Below are positions 21,237 to 29,811 of a stretch of 32,000 nt of DNA, one piece after another. The stretch's first letter is position 1, and each line of letters starts with the position of its first letter. The stretch is taken from the sequence record JABVCE010000078.1; one strand, 5' to 3'. A model generated the notes under the pieces. The model ran no database searches. It had not been told where the DNA came from and saw nothing but the letters and a program-made list of their open reading frames with translations. Both the position numbers and the translations under genes were made by a program.

Positions 21237-21242
21237 ATTTTT

Positions 21243-21324
21243 TTTTGGAAATATTTCTCTCCAAGTTTTGACAAATATTTCAGTTTGAAAGAACTTTCAA
21301 AAAATGAGAGAGATATTTCCAAAA
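21243..21324 (+). terminator. Inverted repeat after petB (19-bp arms, one mismatch)
   Basis: ttttggaaatatttctctc (21243-21261) pairs with gagagagatatttccaaaa (21306-21324). It starts 7 nt after the stop. Confidence 0.45.
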
Positions 21325-21362
21325 CAAGTTTGCTCAAAATACTCCACTTTTTTTCATTTCTT

Positions 21363-21390
21363 TTCGTTCACCGAAAAGTGAACGAAAAAA
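21363..21390. repeat. SDR hairpin abutting the 5' end of trnI(CAU)
   Basis: ttcgttcac-cgaaaa-gtgaacgaa then aaaa. The last A is tRNA position 1. Confidence 0.8.
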
Positions 21391-21462
21391 CACTGTTGGC
21401 CGAGCGGATTAGGCAATCGACTCATAATCGTTTTTAGATAGGTTCAACTCCTATACGGTGTA
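21390..21462 (+). tRNA. trnI: tRNA with CAU anticodon, most like plastid tRNA-Ile(CAU, lysidine type)
   Basis: acactgttggccgagcggattaggcaatcgactcataatcgtttttagataggttcaactcctatacggtgta. The D-arm (tggcYgaRYgg) and T-arm (taggttcaaYtcctA) resemble trnI(CAU) rather than the initiator or the elongator Met at 6999. One U-U mismatch in the anticodon stem. Isotype is an inference. Confidence 0.7.
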
Positions 21463-21531
21463 ATAAAAAATTCTTTCCAATTTTTTGGTTTTGGCCAAAT
21501 TTTTGCCCTTCCATTTTTTCAATCTTTTTTT

Positions 21532-21595
21532 GTTCACTTCACTTCACCTTAAGGTGAAAAGGTGAAAAGGTGTTCACCTTTCAATGAAGAAAAAA
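21532..21595. repeat. SDR cluster between trnI and trnQ
   Basis: gttcacttcacttcaccttaaggtgaaaaggtgaaaaggtgttcacctttcaatgaagaaaaaa. Confidence 0.9.
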
Positions 21596-21750
21596 TTCTT
21601 TTTTTTTTGAAAACTTGATTTTTTTTCAGAAAAATGTTATTTTAATGAGTAAGCCCATAATTTTCTTTTTCAAAAAAACTAGATCATGTCAGGACTTTTG
21701 AAGGAGCAGCATAGTATTTTTTTTTCTAGAGAAGATTCTTGGGTGAAAAG

Positions 21751-21822
<72 letters not shown>

Positions 21823-21867
21823 TTCAAAGAGAAAAGTTGTTGGAAAGCTTTCGAAGATTGAGTTTTT

Positions 21868-21907
21868 GTTCACTTATTCACCGAAAAGTGAAGTGGAGTG
21901 AACGAAA
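21868..21907. repeat. SDR unit (nested hairpins) downstream of trnQ
   Basis: gttcacttattcaccgaaaagtgaagtggagtgaacgaaa. It shares the 16-mer ttcaccgaaaagtgaa with 21367-21382. Confidence 0.85.
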
Positions 21908-22074
21908 TTTTTTTTCCCCATCAGAAAAGAATACTTTCAAATAAAGTCAAATTCTAATTTGGAAAAATCAAAAAACACCAAATTTTTGAGACAAAAAATA
22001 TTTCAACGTTCTTCAATACTTTTTCTTGGCAAAAGAGGGGCTTTTCAAAAATTGGAAAACCTCAATTTTTGGTC

Positions 22075-25000
22075 ATGAAGAGACAAAAAAGCCAAAACAT
22101 TTCATCAAAACGTTTTCTTTCTTCTCTGGAAAATGTTGAAGTTGCACCTCAAAAAATTCTCTTGAAAAAGAATTTTTTAAAGAAAAAATTACTCAATGGA
22201 TATTCCAAAATTCATGAATTGAAATTAGTGACAATTGGATTAGCATCACCAGAAAAAATTCAAATGTGGGCTGAAAAAGAATTGCCAAATGGAAAAATTT
22301 TTGGTGAAGTGACAAATGCAAATACATTTCATTATCGAACTTTTAAACCAAGTAAAGGTGGTTTATTTTGCGAACGAATTTTTGGACCAATTAAAGATTT
22401 TGAATGTGCATGTGGAAAACGTCAACGACCAACTGCATTAGAATCAAAAAAAATTTTAGAGCATCAACAAACTTCACGTTATTTTTGCCCAAATTGTGAT
22501 GTTGAATATACATGGTCTATTATTCGACGTTATCAATTAGGTTATATAAAACTTCATTCTCCCGTGACACATCTTTGGTATTTTAAAACAAATCCAAGCT
22601 ATTTAAGCATCTTATTTGATATCAAAAGAAAACATTTAGAATCTATTATTTATTGTACTGAAACAATTACAATTGAAAATACATATAAATATATTGAACA
22701 AAATTCAAGTTTGAATCGTTCACCTACAGATTTGTATTTGACTTGGCAAAAATTTTTTTATATGGAAGAGAAACTGAAAAAAGACCAATTTGATTCAAAA
22801 ATGAAAGAAAAACAAGACAAAAAGAAAAAGCTTTCTTTTCGAAACATTGCTTTCAATGAAAAAAAGCTTCAAAAAGAAGTGAATTGGAGAAATTTCAAGA
22901 AAAAAGAGTTTTTTAAAACTCTTCATTCAATGGAAATTCTTTCAAATTCTTTTTCTTCACCGAAAGGGAACGAAATAGAAAAATTGTCTCTTTTGTCAAA
23001 AAAAAGATTTGCTACTCTTTGTTCTATTTCAAAACAAAAACAAGCACAACAAATACAAATTTTTCGTGAAGAACTTTGGAAAAAAATGTTAAAAAACAGT
23101 TTGAGAAACGCTATTCGGTTTATTCATTCTCAAGAATATTTTTCATCAACATATTTTGAAAAGTATTCAAAAATATTTGATGTTTTTTTATTTACATCAA
23201 TCGAAAACCCCAAAATTTCAGTTTCTTCACCGAAAGGGAAAGAAACAAGTTTTCTCTTTTTAAATTTCAAAAATTTTCTTCACCGAAAGGTGAAAAACAC
23301 AAAAAATGATGAATTTCTTTCAATATTTGAAAAAATGGATGAAAATGATTTTTCTTCATCAAAAGGTGAACAAAATTTTGAAAGAGCAAAACATGTTCAA
23401 AGTCTTGAAAAGAAAAAGCAAAAAAAAGCATTTTTTCAATCTTTTCTTTTTTTTTCTGAATTTGCTTTGTTTTTTCTTTCACAAAAAAATCAAGAAAGAA
23501 AACTTTTTGGAAGCCTTTCAAAAAAAGATTTCTTATTTCTCATCAATGTACTTCCCTTTTTAAAAAAAAATCAAGATTTTCAAAATTTACAAATTCGAAA
23601 AAAAAAATTCAAAACGCTTCACTCTCAGTTTTTCAAAACTCTAAAGAAAAAAAGTTCTGTATTAAATAAATTCAACGTTCTTCCAAATTTTTCCTTCTTC
23701 AAAAATCTTCAATTTCCAACTCCTCTTGAGAAAGTTCGTTTTGAAAAGAAAAAAAGAAATGTTTTTCTTTTTGAAGACAATTTTGCTCAGCAAGTCTTTT
23801 CAAATTTTTCAGGTTTGAGCTATTTCAATTCTGAAACAAATACTCTGGAAAAAATTTCTCTGCCTTTTGAGATTTTAATGCAAGAAGATCCACAAAAAAA
23901 CTTTTTCTCTTTTCATGAAAAAGAAGAAAAGTCATTGAGTTTTCAAAAAATTTTCACATCTTTAAAAACCTATTATGAACTTGATTTTTGTTTTCATTTT
24001 CGACAAGACGTTTTCAAACTTGCAGAAAAAATTTTTGTTGAAAAAATGGGTTCAAGAGAAAACATTGAGAATTTTTTCTTTGAAAGTGAAGATTTAATTT
24101 TGAAGAACTCAACAGTCTTTTTTCTTTTTGAGAAATTAACATTTGAATATTTTTCATTTTTGATTTATGTCTCAAATTCAAACTGTTTTCCAACTTCTTC
24201 TTCAAATTTTCAAAAATTTTCAAGTGTTCGCGAAAAATTCCAAATGAAAAAATCGTTTTTTGCTTCAGCAATTGAAATTCCTTCATCTACTTTTTTTCTT
24301 TTCAAGAATTTGGAAGTTGATTTTTTTGCTTTTTCCTCTTCAAACAAACTCCCTCTGCTGCCTATGACAAATATGGTTGACATAGAAAATGAGAGTATAG
24401 ACAAGAAGCCTTTTTTCAAATCAGATTCTTTGAACTTCAAAAACAAAAAAGAACTGCAAATTTTGAATAAACCGTTGAAAGAAAAAGTTCAACTCACTGC
24501 ACGAAAAAAAGAACTTCAAAATGCACAACTCCAAAAATTCTTTTCTCTTGATTCCTTTGCAATGGAATTTGAATCTTACTTGAAGTTTGAAGAACGAATT
24601 CAAAATTTCTCGTTGAAAGTTTCAAAATTTCAAACTTCTGAAAGCTCAACAAAAACTTTTTCACCATTCTTGTATACTGGCGTTCGAACTTCAGTGCTCT
24701 TGAAGAAAGAAATTTCGCAACTTCAAGATTTTCAAAAACTTCAACCAAAACTTTCAGATTTCAAACTTCAAAGACGTGAAAATCAATCTTTAAAAAATAT
24801 TCTTTCAACTGTTGGTTATCACTATGGATGGGCAAATGATTCTGATTGGAAATATTTTATTTATTATAATTCATTCTTTTTTTCTGATTTTGAAGATATT
24901 CCAATATTTCTTTATAGCTCTTTTTCACCTGTCAAAAAGAAAAATGCTCAAACCTTTCTGACTTCACAAGGAACTGCACTCTCAAAAAAAATTCCTACTT

Positions 25001-26577
25001 CCGTAGGGCCAACTTTTTCTTGGCCCATTGATTCATCAACAAACAATTTTTTTATTGGTGCTGGAATTTTTGAAAAATTTTTGTCAGAATATACATCTGT
25101 TGAATTAAGAAAAATGACAAAACAACATCAAATTTTACTTCCAAAAATTCATCAAAGAATTCGTTCTCTTCAACAAAATGCAAAAACAAAAAAAGATTTT
25201 GCAAAAATTCAAAAATATTTCCAAAAAAGAGAACATATTATTCGTCGTTTAAAGTTTCTTCGAAAATTTTCTCGAAGAAATTCAAATCCATCCTTTATGA
25301 TTTTAAAAAATCTTCCTGTGTTACCACCAGATTTAAGACCAATTTTAAAATTACAAAATCAAATTGCAGCCTCAGATTTAAATAGATTTTATCAACGTAT
25401 CATTTATCGAAATGAGAGATTCAAAAAATTTTCAAAAGATTCAGCGACAAATCAATCATTTGAAATCAAATATGCTCAAAGATTACTCCAAGAAGCAGTT
25501 GATAATTTAATTCAAAACGGAAAAGGAAGTGTAAAACCAGAAACAAATTCTCGTGGACAACCTTTAAAATCACTTTCTGAGATTTTAAAAGGAAAACAAG
25601 GCCGTTTTCGACAATATTTATTAGGAAAACGTGTTGATTATTCTGGACGTTCTGTAATTGTTGTTGGACCAAAATTAAAATTATATGAATGTGGTTTACC
25701 AAAAGAAATGGCTTTTGAATTATTTTTACCTTTTTTAATTCAATATATTTTACAAAATAAACTTGCACAAACTGTTGTTGGTGCGAAAAATCTTTTAAAA
25801 GCTGATGCAACATTAAGTCTACATTTGTTAAATAAAGTTTTGAAAAATAGTCCTGTTTTATTAAATAGAGCACCTACACTTCACCGCTTAGGTTTTCAGG
25901 CGTTTCTTCCAAAATTAATTGATGGAAGAGCAATTTTACTTCACCCAATGGTTTGTCCTGCTTTCAATGCCGATTTTGATGGTGACCAAATGGCTGTTCA
26001 TATTCCATTAACTGTTGAAGCTCGTACTGAAGCTTGGAAATTTATGCTTTCAATAAATAATTTAATTAATTCAGCGACAGGGGAAGCAATTATTTTACCA
26101 AGTCAAGATATGGTATTAGGTTGTTATTATTTAACACTTGATTTTCAATCAAAATTTGTTGGGGTGCAGATTGCAAATTTCTTCAAAAAAGAAAACCTTC
26201 TTTCATTCCCTTTCGGTGAAGAAAAAACAAAAAATGAAGAGATGTCACTTTCTTTTGAAACTTCAAAAAACTGGAGAAAAACAACAAAATCTTTTTTAGT
26301 CTTTCAAAATTTCACTTCGGTTCTTCAATCGTACCAACGTCAAGAAGTTTCATTGCATACACCTGTTTGGGTAAAATGGAATGGTGACGTTGATTTTGGA
26401 AGAGAACTTTCAAAACCACGCGAAATTCGAGTTGGACTATCTGGATCCTGGGAACAAATTCACCCAAAATATATCATTTCTTCAAACAAAGAAAATGTCC
26501 AATTTTCAAAATTCATTCGAACAACACCTGGACGAATTGTCTTGAACCTAATGATTCAAGACTGTCGATTCAAATAA
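22075..26577 (+). CDS. rpoC1: RNA polymerase beta' N-terminal-type subunit (rpoC1) with a giant in-frame expansion
   Basis: N-terminal blocks: IGLASPEKIQMWAE, GGLFCERIFGPIKDFECACGK, CPNCDVEY, HLWYFK. C-terminal blocks: LPVLPPDLRP, LLGKRVDYSGRSVIVVGP, NRAPTLHRLGFQAF, and the catalytic NADFDGDQMAVH. The first ATG is at 22075; the track uses the TTG at 22069. About 700 unrecognisable codons separate the two sets of blocks. Confidence 0.9.
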   Translation: MKRQKSQNISSKRFLSSLENVEVAPQKILLKKNFLKKKLLNGYSKIHELKLVTIGLASPEKIQMWAEKELPNGKIFGEVTNANTFHYRTFKPSKGGLFCERIFGPIKDFECACGKRQRPTALESKKILEHQQTSRYFCPNCDVEYTWSIIRRYQLGYIKLHSPVTHLWYFKTNPSYLSILFDIKRKHLESIIYCTETITIENTYKYIEQNSSLNRSPTDLYLTWQKFFYMEEKLKKDQFDSKMKEKQDKKKKLSFRNIAFNEKKLQKEVNWRNFKKKEFFKTLHSMEILSNSFSSPKGNEIEKLSLLSKKRFATLCSISKQKQAQQIQIFREELWKKMLKNSLRNAIRFIHSQEYFSSTYFEKYSKIFDVFLFTSIENPKISVSSPKGKETSFLFLNFKNFLHRKVKNTKNDEFLSIFEKMDENDFSSSKGEQNFERAKHVQSLEKKKQKKAFFQSFLFFSEFALFFLSQKNQERKLFGSLSKKDFLFLINVLPFLKKNQDFQNLQIRKKKFKTLHSQFFKTLKKKSSVLNKFNVLPNFSFFKNLQFPTPLEKVRFEKKKRNVFLFEDNFAQQVFSNFSGLSYFNSETNTLEKISLPFEILMQEDPQKNFFSFHEKEEKSLSFQKIFTSLKTYYELDFCFHFRQDVFKLAEKIFVEKMGSRENIENFFFESEDLILKNSTVFFLFEKLTFEYFSFLIYVSNSNCFPTSSSNFQKFSSVREKFQMKKSFFASAIEIPSSTFFLFKNLEVDFFAFSSSNKLPLLPMTNMVDIENESIDKKPFFKSDSLNFKNKKELQILNKPLKEKVQLTARKKELQNAQLQKFFSLDSFAMEFESYLKFEERIQNFSLKVSKFQTSESSTKTFSPFLYTGVRTSVLLKKEISQLQDFQKLQPKLSDFKLQRRENQSLKNILSTVGYHYGWANDSDWKYFIYYNSFFFSDFEDIPIFLYSSFSPVKKKNAQTFLTSQGTALSKKIPTSVGPTFSWPIDSSTNNFFIGAGIFEKFLSEYTSVELRKMTKQHQILLPKIHQRIRSLQQNAKTKKDFAKIQKYFQKREHIIRRLKFLRKFSRRNSNPSFMILKNLPVLPPDLRPILKLQNQIAASDLNRFYQRIIYRNERFKKFSKDSATNQSFEIKYAQRLLQEAVDNLIQNGKGSVKPETNSRGQPLKSLSEILKGKQGRFRQYLLGKRVDYSGRSVIVVGPKLKLYECGLPKEMAFELFLPFLIQYILQNKLAQTVVGAKNLLKADATLSLHLLNKVLKNSPVLLNRAPTLHRLGFQAFLPKLIDGRAILLHPMVCPAFNADFDGDQMAVHIPLTVEARTEAWKFMLSINNLINSATGEAIILPSQDMVLGCYYLTLDFQSKFVGVQIANFFKKENLLSFPFGEEKTKNEEMSLSFETSKNWRKTTKSFLVFQNFTSVLQSYQRQEVSLHTPVWVKWNGDVDFGRELSKPREIRVGLSGSWEQIHPKYIISSNKENVQFSKFIRTTPGRIVLNLMIQDCRFK
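22953..23372. repeat. Four SDR-like units embedded in the rpoC1 reading frame
   Basis: ttcttcaccgaaagggaacgaaa (22953-22975), ttcttcaccgaaagggaaagaaa (23223-23245), ttcttcaccgaaaggtgaaaaac (23276-23298), ttcttcatcaaaaggtgaaca (23352-23372). Confidence 0.8.
26204..26228. repeat. SDR-like unit inside the variable C-terminal region of rpoC1
   Basis: cattccctttcggtgaagaaaaaac, translated as SFPFGEEKT. Confidence 0.7.
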
Positions 26578-26591
26578 CAAATTTCTCAAAA

Positions 26592-26676
26592 CAAAAAAAA
26601 TTTTTTCTGGCTCTATTTTTTTCCATTTTTTTCAAAGGAAGAAATTTTGAAAAATAGAGTCAGAAAAAATTTTTTT
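26592..26676. terminator. 28-bp (one G-U/mismatch) inverted repeat between convergent rpoC1 and clpP
   Basis: aaaaaaaattttttctggctctattttt (26592-26619) pairs with aaaaatagagtcagaaaaaatttttttt (26649-26676). It could fold in transcripts from either strand. Confidence 0.5.
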
Positions 26677-26865
26677 TGAAAAACGAGAAAAATACTGAGA
26701 GTATTTTTCTTGTTCAAAAATATCATATTTGTTCGAGACAAATATTGAAAAGAGTTCCTCTTGTCAACAAAGAAAGAGAGACGAGTTTTTTGGCATTCTC
26801 GAAAGGTCTTTTTTCTTTTTGTTTTGCCAAGGTTTGAAAAAACAAAAAGAAAAATTTCCAAAAGA

Positions 26866-28500
26866 TTAATTTTGTGTTTGTGTATCTAATCCTGAGGTTG
26901 CACTATCACGGCTTTCGAGTAATTTTTGTTGTTGACTATCATGATAGTCCCAAACTTTACTTGTCATTTCAATAATAGAGTGCATCACTTCATTTGTTGC
27001 AATTTCATCCGCTAATCCATAATAAATTGTTTCCATTGCAGTTAAATAAAAATCACGATCTAAATCACGTAAAATTTTATGTCGAGGTCTATATGTTGAT
27101 AATGAATAAATTTCAGCAACATCCAGACGAATTTTTAAAATTTCTTGACTATCAATCCAAATATCAGAAGCTTGCCCAGTTAAACCACCTTCAGGTTGGT
27201 GCATCATAACGTGACATCCTTCAGTAACATAGCGTTCTCCAATTGTTCCACCAGCTAAAGCTAAAGAAGCAGCAGAAGCAGCAACTCCTAAAGCTAATGT
27301 CATTGACCCTGCTTTAATAAACTGTAAAGCATCATGAATAGTAATACCATTTCCTACTGAACCACCAAAAGAATTAATAACCATAAAGACTTTTTTTGAT
27401 TCTTCGTCTTGAAGAGCTCTTTCTGTTTGTTTTCTATATGAATCACGATATTCTAAATATGCTGTTTCTTTTGAAAGTTGATCTGGATTTAAATAATCAA
27501 AAGGTGTTGTTTGGTTTTTTGCAAATTGTGAAGAAAAAAGATTTTCTTCAAAATAATCTCGACGAAGTTGACGTTGAGTAACTGCTTTTTGTGATAAACT
27601 TTTTTGATTTTTTGGTGTTTCAAAAAAATTGAGCAATTCTTTACTTGCCAAATCCGAGGCAAATGAATCCATTCGATTTTCTTCACCGAAAGCTGACGAA
27701 GAAAAACGATGATTTTGTTTTTTTTGAAATTCTTCAAGTTTTGTTTGAAAATTGTTTGGAAGTTGAAAATCTTTTGAATTTAAAGAAATTTTATTTGCTA
27801 ATAAACGAAATGGTGAATAAATATCAAAATTTTGATTTGACTTTCCATTTTGAAAAGCTGAAAAATTTTTTTCGCTTGAATTCATTTGTTTAAACATCAT
27901 CATTAATTTTGCTAATTCTTTATCGCTCATTGCCGAATTTTCATTTCCACCATTTGATAATAAGCCAGCATTATTTCCAGTCATATCTTTTGCTAATAAT
28001 TCTGCTAAGTAAAATAAGTATGGTTCTTCTGAATAATCAAAGAATTGAGAATTCCAATTTAACCATTCTAATGAAATTTTTTGTAATGTATGTGTTTCTA
28101 ACATATTATTTTCTTCAATACCTAAATCTTCTTCAGAAATCATTAAATCTTCAATTGAACGTTCTTTTTTTTTTGCAGAAGGAGAAAATGGAGCATTTGC
28201 AGATGCAGATTGAAATCCACTTGGAGGTTTTCTTTGTGTTGTTGAATTTTGAAATAATCCACTATTTTCCATTTCTTTTTTTTCTAATTCTTTTGAACGA
28301 TCTTCCATATGAATATTGATTAATAAACCACAAATTTGGTTACAAAGTTCATCGTCTAAATATTGCATTAAAAAAACCATTCGTCGACGAAAAATAAAAT
28401 TATAAATATCAGTCCATTGTGCTGGAAGTTCTTCTCCCCAACAATAAATAATTCGAGGCACACCAATTGGCATAGAAATTTTTTTTTTGTATTTTGACAT
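26866..28500 (-). CDS. clpP: ATP-dependent Clp protease proteolytic subunit with a large in-frame insertion
   Basis: N-terminus MPIGVPRIIY...RRRMVFLMQYLDDELCNQICGLLINIHMEDRSKE; the conserved start is probably Met10 at 28473. C-terminal core VFMVINSFGGSVGNGITIHDALQF...GVAASAASLALAGG...HVMMHQPEGG...DLDRDFYLTAMETIYYGLADEI retains Ser, His and Asp triad positions. About 298 non-ClpP residues are inserted between the two parts. Confidence 0.92.
   Translation of the reverse strand: MSKYKKKISMPIGVPRIIYCWGEELPAQWTDIYNFIFRRRMVFLMQYLDDELCNQICGLLINIHMEDRSKELEKKEMENSGLFQNSTTQRKPPSGFQSASANAPFSPSAKKKERSIEDLMISEEDLGIEENNMLETHTLQKISLEWLNWNSQFFDYSEEPYLFYLAELLAKDMTGNNAGLLSNGGNENSAMSDKELAKLMMMFKQMNSSEKNFSAFQNGKSNQNFDIYSPFRLLANKISLNSKDFQLPNNFQTKLEEFQKKQNHRFSSSAFGEENRMDSFASDLASKELLNFFETPKNQKSLSQKAVTQRQLRRDYFEENLFSSQFAKNQTTPFDYLNPDQLSKETAYLEYRDSYRKQTERALQDEESKKVFMVINSFGGSVGNGITIHDALQFIKAGSMTLALGVAASAASLALAGGTIGERYVTEGCHVMMHQPEGGLTGQASDIWIDSQEILKIRLDVAEIYSLSTYRPRHKILRDLDRDFYLTAMETIYYGLADEIATNEVMHSIIEMTSKVWDYHDSQQQKLLESRDSATSGLDTQTQN
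27677..27707. repeat. SDR-like unit inside the clpP insertion
   Basis: ttttcttcaccgaaagctgacgaagaaaaac. On the coding (minus) strand it reads cagctttcggtgaagaaaa and is translated SSSAFGEEN. The same cagctttcggtgaa occurs at 4397. Confidence 0.75.
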
Positions 28501-28689
28501 TGCAGCTTTTCAAGAAAAAGTAGATTCTTTTTCTTGTGAAGTTTTGATTTGACAAAAAATTTTTCTTTGAAGTTCTCATTTTTTTTATGAAAAAAAATAG
28601 AAGAGAACTTCAGTTTGTATTTTTTTCAATTGTCGAATTCTCACAAAAACATAACCAATTTATTCAATTTTTCTTTTTTGTTTCAAAAA

Positions 28690-28771
28690 TGCCTTCGGTC
28701 GGATTCGAACCGACACGCACAAGTGCACTGGTTCCTAAAACCAGGATGTCTACCAGTTCCATCACGAAGGC
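28690..28771 (-). tRNA. trnL: tRNA-Leu (anticodon UAG), long variable arm
   Basis: The reverse complement reads gccttcgtgatggaactggtagacatcctggttttaggaaccagtgcacttgtgcgtgtcggttcgaatccgaccgaaggca. Anticodon loop tttagga, class II variable arm. Confidence 0.9.
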
Positions 28772-29008
28772 AAATAGAAAAAAATTTTTTTTCTTGGCTT
28801 TCACTTTTTTTTTCATCAAACTTTTTAAAACGTGATATTATTGAAAACAAAAAAAAATGAAAACTCTTTTTCAAGGATATCTTATCATAATATGACACTT
28901 TTGTCTATTTTTCAAAGAAACTGAGAAATATTTTTGAAGAATTATTGAATTCAATACTCAAAAAGTTGACTTCAGTTTCTTCAAAAATATTTTTCTTAAA
29001 AACGCTCA

Positions 29009-29764
29009 CTAGTCAGCAAATTGAAATTTTTTAATACCTTTCTCAGTTTTTACTGAAATAACATCTTTTGAACGACATAAGTAGTTTGCAAGAATTATTC
29101 TTCGATTATTTACTTGAACTTTTCCTTGATTAATGAATTCTAAAGCATTTGACATACTTGAACTAATATTTCGTTGAAATAAAACATAGGCTAAAGTTCT
29201 TTCTAAACGTTTTTTATAAGCGCTCATTTTTTGAGAATATTCTTGTAAATTATTATTTACTAGTCGTAACGAACTTTGTTTCATAGATACCGAAATTACA
29301 TCTTTTGGTTTACACATATAGCTCGCAATATTCACTTTTTTATTATTTACATGAATATGCCCATGACTAATTAATTGGCGAGCAGCACTAATAGTAGGCG
29401 CCATATTTAAACGAAAAACAATGTTATCTAAACGCATTTCTAAAAGTTGAAGTAAAACCTGACCTGTTGATTCTTTCATTTTTTTTGCTTGACGTACATA
29501 TTTCACTAATTGTTTTTCAGTAATTCCATAGTTGTAACGTAATCTTTGTTTTACTTTTAAACGGATTAAGTAATCAGATTCACTTGAATCAAATGGTCGA
29601 CTTTTAAATAATTTTGTTAAACCATGTTGACCCGGTGGAATTACTTTTCCTTGTAAAGCCCCTCTTCCGCGGAAAGATCGACGGAAAGGTTTTTTTCTTG
29701 TAAAACCTCGTAACTTTCCAATTCGACGAATAATTCTTAAACGTGGTCCAATATATCTTGACAT
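29009..29764 (-). CDS. rps4: Ribosomal protein S4 (251 aa) with an apparent second S4-domain copy
   Basis: [22 protein letters not shown]..., [22 protein letters not shown], and [50 protein letters not shown] second similar segment follows near the C-terminus. Confidence 0.93.
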   Translation of the reverse strand: MSRYIGPRLRIIRRIGKLRGFTRKKPFRRSFRGRGALQGKVIPPGQHGLTKLFKSRPFDSSESDYLIRLKVKQRLRYNYGITEKQLVKYVRQAKKMKESTGQVLLQLLEMRLDNIVFRLNMAPTISAARQLISHGHIHVNNKKVNIASYMCKPKDVISVSMKQSSLRLVNNNLQEYSQKMSAYKKRLERTLAYVLFQRNISSSMSNALEFINQGKVQVNNRRIILANYLCRSKDVISVKTEKGIKKFQFAD

Positions 29765-29811
29765 ATTTTCTTTCTAATAAAAACTTTAATAATTTGATCT
29801 TTTTTTTTATT

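Noticed and set aside
23267-25873. Alternative-frame and antisense ORFs within rpoC1 (23267-23521, 23306-23563, 24014-24748 series, 25466-25873).
   Set aside because: They are short and low-complexity, and are nested in the single 1500-codon frame that carries all the conserved beta' motifs.
22075-26577. rpoC1 might be two genes (a split rpoC1a/rpoC1b) or a pseudogene.
   Set aside because: A single uninterrupted frame links the N-terminal and catalytic blocks, and no stop or frameshift is present. A split at the RNA or protein level remains testable but is not indicated by the DNA.
27397-28290. The clpP insertion might be an intein or an intron.
   Set aside because: No intein junction residues or homing-endonuclease motifs are visible, and no group I or II intron-like conserved structure was recognised. 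The frame is continuous and low-complexity. Splicing cannot be formally excluded without cDNA.
26994-28319. Plus-strand ORFs opposite clpP (26994-27209, 27396-27581, 27645-27893, 27909-28319) and the minus-strand alternate frame at 27489-27737.
   Set aside because: They overlap the clpP frame, which has conserved N- and C-terminal blocks. Their translations are low-complexity.
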